The notes beneath the pieces were generated by a model. The model worked only from the letters and a program-made list of their open reading frames with translations, was not told where the DNA came from and did not search any database. The position numbers were made by a program, and so were the translations under genes. Below, in pieces: positions 40,225-53,793 of a DNA stretch of 64,000 bases (its first letter is position 1; the number at the start of each line of letters is the position of its first letter). The stretch comes from Priapulus caudatus (Eukaryota): assembly GCF_000485595.1 (NCBI RefSeq), contig NW_014577074.1, positions 1,376,467-1,440,466 on the forward strand, in the 5' to 3' direction.

Positions 40225-40925
40225 ACACGTGTAGTGGCGTTGTTAGAATCACAGACACGTGTAGTGACGTTGTTAGAATCAAACACACGTGTAGTGACGT
40301 GGTTAGAATCACAGACACGTGTAGCGACGTGGTTAGAATCACAGACACGTGTAGCGACGTGGTTAGAATCACAGACANNNNNNNNNNNNNNNNNNNNNNN
40401 NNNNNNNNNNNNNNNNNNNNNNNNNNNNNNNNNNNNNNNNNNNNNNNNNNNNNNNNNNNNNNNNNNNNNNNNNNNNNNNNNNNNNNNNNNNNNNNNNNNN
40501 NNNNNNNNNNNNNNNNNNNNNNNNNNNNNNNNNNNNNNNNNNNNNNNNNNNNNNNNNNNNNNNNNNNNNNNNNNNNNNNNNNNNNNNNNNNNNNNNNNNN
40601 NNNNNNNNNNNNNNNCGTGATTAGAATCACAGACACGTGTAGCGACGTGGTTAGAATCACAGACACGTGTAGCGACGTGGTTAGAATCAAACACGTATAG
40701 CGACGTGGTTAGAATCACAGACACACGTGTAGCGGCGTGGTTAGAATCACAGACACGTGTAGCGACGTGGTTAGAATCACAGACACGTGTAGCGACGTGG
40801 TTAGAATCACAGACACGTGTAGCGACGTGGTTAGAATCACAGACACGTGTAGCAACGTGATTAGAATCACAGACACGTGTAGCGACGTGGTTAGAATCAC
40901 AGACACGTGTAGCAACGTGGTTAGA
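40225..40925. repeat. 30-bp minisatellite (gtagcgacgtggttagaatcacagacacgt) with an internal N gap; noisy copy at ~32290-33050
   Basis: Direct periodicity; abuts the acceptor of the last EAAT exon. Confidence 0.95.
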
Positions 40926-41526
40926 CACCTCCGCCCGCACACACGAAAACAAGCGCGCGCACGTGCACACACACACACACGTACGCACGCACGCAAGCAC
41001 GCACGTACGCTCGCATGCAGGTATGCATGCACGCACGCACGCACGATAATTTGTAAAGTGACAATGCGATACCGATTTTTCTTATCGCTCGTGAATATGT
41101 ACTTTTTTATATATAGTTTCAACAATATATTTTTGCAGATAAATACTGAGCAAGCACGAATGCAGATAGTATCAAGAGCGTATAAAGAAGGAATTCTTTA
41201 TACGCTCTTGATAGTATTTAAGGTTTGGGGAAATAGATTACATGTCGGATATGATTACCCTGCAGTGATAAGTTTATTCTATTATTTATCACTATAATTT
41301 AATTTTAGACCTATTTACACTTATTAGGTAGACTTCTATATTTATTTTGCAAGCTGGTGACTTGTTTCTATTCAATGTTACGGCCTGGAGAGTGGGTCTT
41401 CAGAGCCACCCAACGGTGAGTTAGCACACTTATTATGATATACAAACTGTGTTATTAATCTTATTTGTTGTAGCAAAATATTGTTTATAATAATAATTAT
41501 TATTATTATTATTATTATCTACTCAC

Positions 41527-41661
41527 AATAACCAGTCCACGGCCACGATAAGGCTGACGTCCTGTGTAGGTAGTCCTACGGCGGTCAGTACCAGCAGCAT
41601 GGTGACCAGTCCAGCGCTAGGAATGCTGGCGGCGCCAATAGAAGCTGCAGTAGCCGTCAGA
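41527..41661 (-). CDS. SLC1A2: EAAT2-like exon, HP2/TM8 ([44 protein letters not shown])
   Basis: ttcacag| and |gtgagt. [12 protein letters not shown] is EAAT2-type. Confidence 0.95.
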
Positions 41662-41900
41662 CTGTGAAGAAGGTAATTCATGATTATTAATATATCGATT
41701 TGGAATATAGATGAATAGAAACAGAGATAGATACTAATTCCTTAAAATGATTGATGCTACTGTTATTATCTCTATTTAGACAAGATCATATTGAAACTAA
41801 GAAAACGCGTGTTTTAATAAGTTGTTAAATAGATTCAGATAAGCTCGCTGGCTACAAAAATAACTCTGAATAAGAGGCTCTAGAAACTCTGTCTAATCAC

Positions 41901-42095
41901 CTGACAGTGATTATTTCGCCAATCGACAGATTGACTCCATTCATCTGTGCAATAAAGATGGCCGCCACGGCTTCGTAGAGAGCGGTACCATCCATGTTCA
42001 CGGTGGCCCCAATGGGCAGCACGAAACGTGTCACACGTTTATCCACGTGGTTGTTCTCTTCGAGACAGCGAAATGTGATCGGCAGAGTTGCAGAA
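41901..42095 (-). CDS. SLC1A2: EAAT2-like exon, HP1/TM7 ([34 protein letters not shown]..)
   Basis: cttgcag| and |gtgatt; NMDGT motif. Confidence 0.95.
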
Positions 42096-42212
42096 CTGCA
42101 AGCAGATAGGTGGCAGCACCGTGACTAGTCGTCCGATAATGCAGCCACGGAGTAATTACCCACCAGTATTCCCGCAATTCATACCCGATATCATTACGGA
42201 CAGCTCTCTTAC

Positions 42213-42446
42213 CTTGATGCCGTACCCAGGGCCGTGATCCAGGCCTGCAGCATGCCCTTGCAGAAGGACAGCGGGTTGTTTCGCGTGATGAGGAAAAACA
42301 GCAGCGGAAGCACGATCAGAGCGTGAATCATCAGACCGGAAATGACCGTGACCATATAAAGTCCCAGCTGCTTGGCAGTCTCCGCCATGCTCTCGATCTC
42401 CAAGATCTTTCCGGCAATCAGAAACATGATACCGAACGGCGAATAC
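42213..42446 (-). CDS. SLC1A2: EAAT2-like exon ([15 protein letters not shown]...[11 protein letters not shown])
   Basis: cttcag| and |gtaaga. [12 protein letters not shown] is GLT-1-like HP1. Confidence 0.95.
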
Positions 42447-43043
42447 CTGAAGCAGAACAAGAATCATCGTATCGTCGCTGTTTCGATGATGTTCTATAAC
42501 ACCTGACATCACCCTGTGATATAGTTTAGTACAATAGCTAATGGCCATGAATCAGGCGAATTGTGCACTTCTGTGATAGTTGCCATCTCCTTCCTCGCGT
42601 GATCACAAACTGTATCACACCGACCACAATCGGCAACCAGCACTGACACGTTAAGCCTGTCGTCATATTGAAATATTGACGCTATCGAAACCATGTATTA
42701 TCTCTGCTCCAGACTGCTGATATGTTAAAGTGAAAATGATCCCCTGTCCTCCGAAGGGGTTTGTCACCGATAGCATCGTAAACATTATCATTTTTACTAA
42801 CGTCAAGGCTTACTCACCAGTAAATATATGACACATGCACATAAATCTCAATAATATAATAAAAATATTAATTGATAACTACAATTTACGTACTATTTAC
42901 TATTTTGTATCGTTCTTTCTCCAAACGGAGTGCGCGTGTTTTCTTCAAAATGTCTCCATTGCGTACGTTTATGGAGCTTATATAATATTCTCGATGCGTG
43001 ATAAAAAAGAGCGATTGCGATCACATTGCATGCGGGCACGTAC

Positions 43044-43170
43044 CACATGATGAGGATCACTATGCGCATGACGACGTCGTTGAGGATCGTGAAGAAACGC
43101 GCCATCAGCTGCGCCTCCTCCTGCATCGAGCTGATGGTGATGCCGAACGCCGTGCAGAATACGATCAACC
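43044..43170 (-). CDS. SLC1A2: EAAT2-like exon (GLIVFCTAFGITISSMQEEAQLMARFFTILNDVVMRIVILIMW)
   Basis: gtgtacag| and |gtacgt; phase 1 to 2. Confidence 0.93.
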
Positions 43171-45015
43171 CTGTACACACGTACACAAGAACATAAGAAG
43201 ATCAACTCTGTACGCACGTACACAAGAACAGAATACGATAAACCCCGTGCACACGTACACATGAACAGAATACGATCATCCCTGTACACACGTACACAAG
43301 AACAGAATACGATCAACCCCGTGCACACGTACACATGAACAGAATACGATCAACCCTGTACACACGTACACAAGAACAGAAGAAGATCATTCCCTGTACA
43401 CAGTTCCGAGCAGTATCCCGACACAGTTAACAACGAAGACGATCAACCCTGCTACATACGATATACCAAGCAACAGAGACGATCAACCCTGTAAACCGCT
43501 ACACAAAAAGCAGGAAGACGAATCACCCTAGTACACACGTACACATCGACAGAATACGACTCAACCCGTGCACACGTACACATTGAACAGAATTACCGGA
43601 TCAACCCTGTACACACGCGGACAGCAAAACAGAAGAAGATCCGCTGTATCATACGCTAGTAGGCAAGAACACGAAGACGATCAACCGCTGTACTATACGT
43701 CCAGCAAGAACAGGAGACGATCAACTCTGTAAACACGTACACAAGACAGAACGACGTATCAAACCCTGTACACACGTATACGAAGAGCAGAAAGACGATC
43801 AACCCTTGTATACACTACACAAGAGCAGAAGACTACACCGCTGTTACACACGTACTCAAGGAGACAGAAGACGATTGCGACCCTGGTAACACGGGTACAC
43901 AAGAAACGAAGACGATTAAACCCGTACACACGTATACAAGAGGCGGGAAGACGATCAACCTGTACACACAACGTATACAAGAGCGGAAGACGATCAACCC
44001 TTGACAACCACAGGTACTGCACGACAGAAGACGATCACCCTGTAAATAGTACACAATGAACAGAAGACGATCACGGCGGGCTGGTACAACACGTGATACC
44101 AAGAAACACAGAAAGCATCAACCTGCGTACACACGTATACAAGAGCGGAAGACGATCACCCTGTAACACGTATACAAGAACAGAAAGACGATCAACCGCT
44201 GTAGCACACGTAATACAGAGCGGAAGACGATTCAACCCGTACAGCACGCCGTAACAGAAGAAGAAGGACGATCAACTCTGTACACATGTACACACAAGAA
44301 CAGAAGTACGATCAAACCTTGTACGACAGGCTACACAATGAAACAGAAGACGACTAAACCTGTACACACGTACACCAGAACATGACGATCAACCGCCTTG
44401 TACACACGATACCACACAGAACAGGAAGGCACCGATATCACCCTGTATCACACGTGACGCACGCAACAGAAGACGATCGAACCTGTAGAAACGTACACAA
44501 AACAGAAGAAGATCACCTGTAACCACACGTATACAGAGATACAGAAGACGATCAACCCGTTACACACGTATATACAAGAAACAGAAGACGGAATCAAAAG
44601 CCCTGTACACCACGTATACAAGAGCGGAAGACGATCAACCCTGTACACACGTACGCACGAACCACGAAGACGATGCAACCCTGTAAACACGGTATACAAG
44701 AACAGAAGACGATCAACCCTGTACACACGCTTACAAGAAGAGGACGATACAACCCGTGTACACACGTTATACAAGAGCGGAAAGACGATCAACACCTCGT
44801 ACACACGTCACACAAGAACAGAAAGACGATCAACTCTTACACATTACACAACGAACCAGAAGCTACGATCAAACCTTGTACACGCGTACACAAGAACAGA
44901 AGACGATCAACCCGCGTACACACGCGTACACCAAGAACAGACGATCAACACCTTACACACGTACAACAGAGAACAGAAGACTATGCAACCGCCCTATACA
45001 CACGTACACAAGAAA
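43153..45015. repeat. 37-bp minisatellite (gaacagaaKacgatcaaccctgtacacacgtacacaa); second copy at ~35355-37190
   Basis: Period 37 in the clean units at 43171-43380; the first unit overlaps the exon 43044-43170 boundary. Confidence 0.95.
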
Positions 45016-46635
45016 CAACACAACTGTCGTCTACAACGATCGTCTCACATACGAAAACGCCATCTACATCCGTCACACATTACAACATGTTTAAAGCCTG
45101 TAATGAGTATATAATATGGTAAAATATTCTGTTTAGTGTTTTTATTGAAAAATTCACATAGTTGGGTTCGCATAGGCTGAAAAGGTTTTAGCGTGGAACT
45201 GCGGAAATTTTTTCGGCAGAATATGTAGGAATGATGTATGCATCGCATACGTACAACGCGCGAGCCGGTCCTGCGGCCGAACACCTATACATACGTACTG
45301 TGTATGACCACGTACATACGCTCATATAATAATACGTAAAGTGTCGCAGTTTACGGTGCTCTTAAAAGCGCCGAGAGAGGGTTTAACGCGTCGAATAGAG
45401 AGCGACGAAATGTTAATATAGTACACTATGCATCAATATTTATTACGCAAGTAGTACGCACAGGCGTGTGTGCTTAATTTTTAAGATCATTACGGGGTAT
45501 TGATTAGCAGCTTGGTTGCGTTACTAGACACATTACTGGACACACGAGTGTACGCTTCACTCATTAATACTTTCCTAACGATATTCGCATGTTGAGCCAT
45601 ACATACGTACATACGTTTGTGTATGACACGTACATACGTATATAATAATACGTACAGTATCGGCAGGTTACGTGCTCTCTTAAAAGCGGCGAGAGAGTTT
45701 AACGCGCTGCGAGATAGAAGAGCGACGAAATGTTAATGAGTCGCTTACAGCTATTGCGGACAATGATTTCATTACACAAGTATAGCCACAGGGTGTGTTG
45801 CTTAATTTTAAGATCATTAAGCGGGGTTATGTGACTAGCCAGCTTGTTGCGTTACTGACACATTACTTGACGCACGAGTGTACGCTTCACTCATTAATAC
45901 TTTCCTAACGATATTCGCATGTGGAGCAAATTGTACGATGTGCATTTGTAAGAATTTAATGTTTTGCACAATTTTGTTGCTTATTGTTTCATTCGTCGAC
46001 CACACGTAATGAATACTGATGTCTGTGTTCAACTGAGCTCTGCTACGTTTCATATAACAAAAATTATAATCGGCAGTGACAACGCACGCCGTCATTGTCA
46101 ACGTACACTCTTGTGCCGGCAATGCACACCGTCATGGTCAGCGTACATTGCCAGAGTTCCTGAGACATGTGCATTAATGTGTGATAATAATACGTGTCGG
46201 CTTGCCGCTCATGACGCGAGGGATTCACAATACCCGCACCTTGACGTGGCGAAATGTTACAGCTTCAATACATTTTCTGTCTTTTCCGGTCTTTTTAACG
46301 TTAACGGGGTGGCGCAGCGAGCAAGCATCGATTACTTTGTTTCACCTCCGGTGATCAAGAGAGTATGATATGTGCGACGAAATCAAATTCGTTTCTTGTC
46401 TTAGGACGAGCAAACATTCTGACACGCCCCTAGCCATAACCGCCAAAATCCGTACTCAAAACCATTATATTGAACGCTTTTCATGCCATTCTAGAGAAAA
46501 ATAATTCATGAAATAATGCCAGTTGATAAAATCTTACGATTGATGATAACTTTAACATTGTAGCACAGCAGCATTAGAGGCATTAATATCCATAACACTT
46601 AAGCTCGTGTTGTAGGAGGTGCCACTACGACTTAC

Positions 46636-46867
46636 CGAGATGTTCGCGCCGCCCTTGAGTCAAATTCTCGCACCAGAATCACTTCCCTCTACAAGCTTTT
46701 GTCGCGATAGTTGTTAGGCTTAACGAGACCCGCGCTACAGTAGTCGCGTTGGTTCAGGTTTGCTGCAATCACTTGTTTGATGAACTTTGGCTTCACTGTC
46801 TTGTTGACATACGTCGTCTGCGTGCTTTGAAAGCTGCCGTTACCAGAGATTTTCTGGAAGCATGTTC
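46636..46867 (-). pseudogene. Frameshifted copy of the same loop exon in the collinear position (probably sequencing error rather than a true pseudo-exon)
   Basis: Same sequence as 38622-38851 with scattered 1-2 bp indels. Confidence 0.7.
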
Positions 46868-47129
46868 CTGCGCAGACAGAACAAGAATTTCACTTAGTTC
46901 GTGAATGAAACGATAATGAAAATAATTAATTAAAAAAACGTCGAATAGTTTCCGAAGAACTATTGAGGCATCGAAAGTAATACAACCTATCAAAATTCAG
47001 TGTAATAAATAAGTGCTTCTAAAAATTACTTTCCTCTCGACTGCTATTTAATAGTGTATCACTTAATTGTAATTTTAATATAATAATAATAGTTATAATT
47101 AATATCCAATGTCAGAGGTGTATATAATC

Positions 47130-47171
<42 letters not shown>

Positions 47172-47205
47172 CTTTATGCTAGTGAGATGCGTGTGGACTG
47201 ACTAC

Positions 47206-47413
47206 CTGATGAGGTCGAGGAATGCATCGACGGCCGACACCTTCTTGGCCTCGGTACCCTCGCCGATGTTGCGTTTGATGTTGACGTTACCTGGGTGGAT
47301 ACTGCACACCATGATGATGCCGATGATGACGGCAATCACCGTCGTCGTCAGGTAGTAGAGCAGCGCTCGCGATCCCATCCTGCCGGACGAGCGAGCGTCC
47401 AACTGTGCGAGAC
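47206..47413 (-). CDS. SLC1A2: EAAT2-like exon, TM3 (LAQLDARSSGRMGSRALLYYLTTT..IHPG..DAFLDLIR)
   Basis: tatgcag| and |gtagtc; phases consistent; canonical SLC1 motifs. Confidence 0.95.
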
Positions 47414-47880
47414 CTGCATAGCCGAATAGACGCGAATGCCTTACATCACCGTGCTCGACGTGCTCGATCAGTAATAGTAAGCGAGTAGTAGGCTGCTACA
47501 AAAACTACTAATACTAGCAGCTATTAATACGCCGCGGGCTGGTTGGTTTGGAATCAAAACAACGCGACGCACGCTCGTACATACGCACGCACACACATAT
47601 TCATATGTCGTTTATATGGCATTTTATAAGCCGTTTATTAATGAACCGTCTCAATAATCAACCATATTATTATTAACGAATACGTTTACACGGTGTGTAA
47701 TTAAGTCGACTCGATGCGGCGCGATGCGGCTCGATTACAACTCGCAGTCGCTTATGCGCATGCGTTAGTTGTTGTTGTTGTTGTTGTTGTTGTTGCTGTC
47801 GTCGTCGTTGTTGTTATTATCATTAAAGACGACGGGTGGTTATATTTTCTTGTTTAGGCTACTGCGGCTAATTCGAGAAA

Positions 47881-47913
<33 letters not shown>

Positions 47914-48847
47914 ACGCCAGCAAAAAGTTGAACGAATGCAAATACAACGTTAAACGAATCCAGCGTTTTTATTCCATTCAACGGCAGCAGCGAATGAATT
48001 TCGTGATGTTACTATTAGCACGCGTGAATAGACAGCGAAACGCTCGTCCAGGACAAATATGGATCAACGATCACAATGGAAGGCAATTTTTGGAGCATAC
48101 AGTTAGCTGATACGTACACTATAATAACCCAGTAAGCGGGTGCGCTGTGGAACAAACCGGCTTCAGATAGGAATGGTCGTTTACACGGCAAAATCAACCT
48201 GTCATGTATTTTTAAACCGGCTCGAAACCACTTCATCTAGCTGGCTAGAAATGAACTGGCTTGAGCATTATTGTCCCGTTTACACGGGGAAATAATAAGA
48301 CGGTTCTTTAATAAGCCGTCTCAAACCGAGACTTCAAAAACGGAGATTTAGTATATAATCGAATTTGGTGTAGCTAACACGAAACCCCATTTATCCGTCT
48401 TTTTTCCGGCTTCACTCCAATTCGGTCATACTCATATTATAGTGATTAATAACATAAAATTTGTCACATTATACTCTTATTGATCGTTGGACGGAGCAGG
48501 AATAGTGGGAAACGCTTCAATGCATAATTTTATATATTTTATTTTATTGATGAAAAGAATAAGCGACGGCACAATATATAAGACAAGGCGCATATTCAAT
48601 TATTATTTATAAATTCTATTTTTATAATAAATTCTGAATAGTCCAAGTATTCATGATTGCATTTATTATTAATAAAATGGCAAATTTATCAAAATTATCG
48701 TATCTTTTTATCCGTTATTTATTTTTGTTTAGAAGAGTATATAGGAGGTGATATCCATTAATAAAGTTGTGTTTATTTGCTGCTGTGTTGCTTTTTGTCA
48801 CACATTTCTGGAAGATATGTCCGCCTCTAATTTATCGCGCATCGCAC

Positions 48848-49067
48848 CTGAGATAAGAGAGGAAATGATGAGCGGAAGTATCATCATCTTCAGCATGCGC
48901 ATCAGAATGTCACCAGGAAACGACAGCAGCATGATCGCCTCCGCACTTGGCTCTGCGAAGCGCAGCAGCGATCCCAGCAGGACGCCGAGCACAACGCCCC
49001 CTATCGTCATCATGAGCAATAGGTTGTCGCGTTGCCATTTTGCACATGCAGCGCAGCAGCCTTTTAC
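48848..49067 (-). CDS. SLC1A2: EAAT2-like glutamate transporter exon, TM1-TM2 (..[40 protein letters not shown])
   Basis: ttttcag| and |gtgcga. [23 protein letters not shown] is an SLC1 signature. Confidence 0.95.
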
Positions 49068-50273
49068 CTGAAAATGGTACAGAGGCGAGTCTTAGCTTAC
49101 CAACACGATTAGCTTCAATATGTATATAATAATGTAGGATATACAGTCATGATCTAATCAAATTGTTGAAAATAAATAATTGGTGACAATAATACTTGCT
49201 GCATTATTAAAGCGTTGATTACAAAGTGTAAAAAATACATGTTTGACGCGCTACTCGGCTAGAGAGCTCAGCTAGCTCTCTAGTACGAGAGATAATTATT
49301 TCCGACCAAATCGGAAAGAGGACGGGATTTTAAAAGCAGCCAGATCCGCATTCTTGAGCTTAGCTTCTGCTTCTATTTATCAGAATTCTCACATGAAATA
49401 ATCTCGTCGTGGGAGCGCCATGACGACGCACTATGAATGCTATATTCTACAGAATGTGATAATGCCATCGTGTATATTGTCTCTCTGGTATATGCGTGGC
49501 AGATGGACTGTGCGTGTACTCGTGTGATAGCGATGAGCTGACAGCAGGAATTATATGGTGTATTCACGCGCATAAATATCGCTCCCTTATTTAGGGATGA
49601 TCGCATTAAATGATGTAGTGCGTGCCGGAAAAGTAGCTATGATTGACTTCCTGTCGGTTCTGTCGGGATACCGACGGTACGTGTTCTGTTCCTGCTATTT
49701 TTGTCTCTGATTACGGTATGACAACATTGCCCTTTTTGTATGTCAGCGAAACTTAGACCGTTATTATTAGTAATGTAATTTTACGTTTTCTTTCAAACAC
49801 CAGGTTAAAAAATTGACGTTGTCATCTGGTATAGATATCAAATATAGCATAGAAGTCAAAGTTTTTGATTTAATTTGCCCATTGCTTTTCTTGGGTAATA
49901 CGTTTCAAATTCGAACAGCCAGTGCGACCTAGACGATCCCCATATCATTTTACGGCAACAGTCTGTTCAGGTTTTACGTGGGGCCGTCGAATATAGCAAA
50001 CGTGTCACGATGATTGTGACGCGTCGCAATGCCGCTTTACAACGAAAAAATAATGTACTTTTTTCGTGTTATTTTATGCTCAGGTGCTTTCGAAAACCAC
50101 AAATAACAATGCTTATGTATGCTGTTTGATGCACGTAATAGAGCAGCATGAAAAGAGTTCAGCATCGGTGAAAGACACGCATGCAGTCTTCACAGCGCAG
50201 CATTGTGCATCGTAGCAGCCGTAGATAGGCGCACAATGTAAGCTACTCTACCGTACAAGTCATCTAACAGTAC

Positions 50274-50333
50274 CCTGGCGTGAACGGGCGCCGTGTAGCG
50301 AATCTCATTGGCTCCAGCCTTAAATTCCTCCAT
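50274..50333 (-). CDS. SLC1A2: SLC1/EAAT N-terminal exon (MEEFKAGANEIRYTAPVHAR); exon acceptor at 50349
   Basis: Strong polypyrimidine tract plus cag acceptor, gcgATGg start, phase-0 |gtactg donor in frame with the next exon. Confidence 0.65.
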
Positions 50334-53300
50334 CGCGGACTGACACCAACTGCAAGAAGAAAGAAAACACACTTTATTTTCCCAGTTAGTAATTTTCGTT
50401 ACGCGTAGGAAGTGCGCCGCATAGCTGTCGCAGGTTATTTATTAAGAACATTATTTATTTACGATTATTTGCCTTGCTAGGATTCTATGGTAAATCACAC
50501 GCTTTAAAAAAAACAAAGGATTGCAGAAACCTCTTGCTTTAATATACATTTCAGGTCATAACGGAACTTATTATTACAGAGTCAACAGTTTCATGGAGGT
50601 TGAACCTTAAAAACTGGAGTTTTATGGCTCGCATATAGATATGGCTAATTGAGGTAAGTATGACGTTTTATGATTGTGCATTCCAATCATAATTTATAAT
50701 TGAGATAAACATAGAGGCAGCACACAGCTGATAAAAGGGGCCTACGCGTATCGCGTTACTCGATGCTCTATGTACCTAAATAGTAAAGCGGGATATATTA
50801 AAATAAAAAGGTCTGAAAATGTTTCTGCGGGCCTGAAGATATAATGGTCGCGTACATAAACGAAGTGAGTGTCGCCCAGGTGTCTGTTAGATATTGGGCA
50901 CACAATGAATGATGTACACACAAATATACCTGTGTATTCGCATACAAGGCACCATAGTACAAAACGCGCGCGTTTTCTGCAAACAATTTCGTAATTTCTG
51001 TCCAAATATACAGCGAACTCGGGCGATGTGCCTTTATCTGTCACTTTCAATGCTATCGTCGTTGCTGATAGCAAACACGGCCTAAAAGGTTTCAACCTAA
51101 TTGGTATGAAAAGACAATGAGGGCGCGAGACGGAAAATTCAATCATGCAATACGCAGACAACATCACGCACCTCACTAAAATTATTTGCCTGGATGGCGG
51201 TAATCGTCCATATACTGCCAACTCTACGACTACAAGGCAGTTTCAAAACTTCTACGAGAAAATAAATGTGGCGGGAGTGACACGAATTCATTTTCTGCGG
51301 GGAGAAGCGTCAGGTTAGCGCTGTATTATGTCTGGCGAGGTGTTGCAGATTATTGGACCCTGGATGAAACGATTATCACGCGGCGGGGAATCAACATGGA
51401 ATACCGACGCTGCAATTTGCGACACGTATAGATGACGATTCGTATACAGACCTAGTTCAATTACATGTACGAACGATATTCAAGCTGATTACATGGACAT
51501 GTTTACGTATAGCGATGAGCTTCATGGCTTGAATATTGAATTATTATTGTTATTTTACATTATTAAACTTTCTGCGATCTGCATAATCGAAGAAATGGTA
51601 ATTGCTAAATTAAGGAAGATCGTTAAGGCTCGCAAAGCAGACAATACAAAAATAAATAATAAAGAATGATAAAAAAGACACTACACGCCATATAGACAAT
51701 ACATAGATGACGCGCACACTACACACCACACACGAACGATAACGCGCGAAAACTGTCAATACATTGTGCACATCTATACACAAAAGATTAAATCGTATCG
51801 GCAGGTCTTCAAATGTAGTTCCATAAAACCATATAGAGGCAATGCTCGAGGGCGCAACCACGTTAACATTGGCGATGCGGACTGTGTGAGAACCTCGTGA
51901 GCGTCAAGGCTTCATTTGTGTTATGCATATGTGCACCTCCATATAACACGTAGCACGTTTTTATAATAAAAAAACATGCATGGCGGCACTTCGCGCTACT
52001 TTCGTAATGAAAAGTTATTTTTATTCAAAGTTTTTTTTCGGCATAAAGGATTTTTAAAATTTAACCGTAAAAATCATCTTTCATGCAATATGGAGACGTA
52101 GGATTCTCCTATCAAATAGCTGAGCTGAACATCGTCACTCACATGCCCACCAATATGGTAATTTTAGGTATGCATGGTATGTTCATTGACGGTATTTCCA
52201 AAAGGTGTGTACCAAAATGTTTATAATACGTAGGAGAAAACAATATAAAGAAACATACCGGATAGCAAAGAAAAAGTTACAGTAAGTATAATGTAGATTA
52301 GTCCTAACTGACACTAACGAGGTTATTTGTGCATTTTAGGGTATTGTACCATTCATTAAAATATCCTAGAAACCCCCTTGTAGTTCAAGTGCGCAAATAA
52401 CCTTAAACAGAAAATATCAGTGAAAAATACGTAGTGTCTGGAGTCAACAGTAGCGCCCTTATAGAGGAGTCCTTGGCAGGTTCTAGAAAATTACCATCGA
52501 TCTCAATTTTCAACATATTACATGCCAGGTTTAGGGGCATCCTATATGTCAGTTCTCTTATATGCCGGAAGATATGATATCACCCCCAACCCAACGGCGT
52601 TCATGTTTAATTACAGTGATGTATATAAATATATCACGAGTGAAGCGCCACCGAATCAAGATCTTGGAGAAAATCGTCTAATTTTATAGTGCAATACGTG
52701 AAACAAATTGTATAAAATTAATGTTAAAATCAATTTCTCTTCAATTCTATAAGATTGAACCGTACACGCGCAGCGTGTCTCGCAGTAATGCGTCCGGTGC
52801 ATTACATTCTATTTTAAACGCGACTTTGCCAAAACAGAATTGCATTATTCGTTGATTGTTTTGCGCAGTGACATTTCCCGCAATGTTGCTTGTCAGGGCC
52901 CTTTAAACGTCACGTTACAAATTGATTCAGTGCGCAAAGTTATATCAATATGGTGGCGGCTTTATTAGATTTTAGGAGGCAATCGAGTTTCATGTCACGG
53001 TAAGATTCACGTAGTACGTAAAGCTGGAGATGATGAACAAATACGTCGCATCGTACAGGTCAGTATAGCGAGTTGTACACGTCTCTCCACTCCGTCTCTT
53101 CCTCTTTCGGTCACTCTTCCTTTCTTTCGATCTCCCTCTTTTTTCCCTCTCTCCCTCTTTCTCAGTTACTCTCCTTCTCTTTCACGCTGGGTTTCTCTCT
53201 TTTTCTTCGGGCGTATAGTTGCTCTGGAGACCATTGCACCATGGTCTGCCCCTCATATCAGTTCACAGCTGCTCGTTGCTGACGTGTAAATCTTTCAAAA

Positions 53301-53704
53301 ACGTCATTACAGCACCCTACCTCGATTCACTACACCTACAACGCACGGTAGCAAAACAGAAAGAAACAAGAACGAAGTGAGTGCATGAAAAACAAGAGAA
53401 TTCATTTTTACTTGATGCTAATGCTGATGCGTGCACATTATCACGGCTAACATTCCATAGTGTTTGCGAAGAACCTTGGATTTCATCCAGTATATACGTA
53501 TTTAAAGCATCATAGACGATGAATGGATTTCGCTTAGAACGCTCTGAATCTCACCATTGATAGACACAACTTTCACGGGATTCCCTCTATGAATTGCATG
53601 CACAATTCATAATGTGAATCAACAATTAATGTAGTTGCTGCTACGCTTGGCAGCAACATGAGGCAAGGGAAGGCGACGTTGAAAACATGGCTATAAACGC
53701 GATA

Positions 53705-53749
<45 letters not shown>

Positions 53750-53793
53750 ACCACGTTTATGAAGTTATATACACCAACAACGAACGACGACGT

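Larger units (their letters stand above)
30944..47073. repeat. ~8 kb direct tandem duplication (copy A ~30944-39057, copy B 39058-47073)
   Basis: Both copies start in (TATGTG)n and end at cacttaattgtaat, with the same order of exons and minisatellites. Confidence 0.92.

Noticed and set aside
43171..45015. CRISPR-like appearance of the 30-37 bp repeats
   Set aside because: Units are head-to-tail with no unique spacers, there are no cas genes, and they lie in eukaryotic introns.
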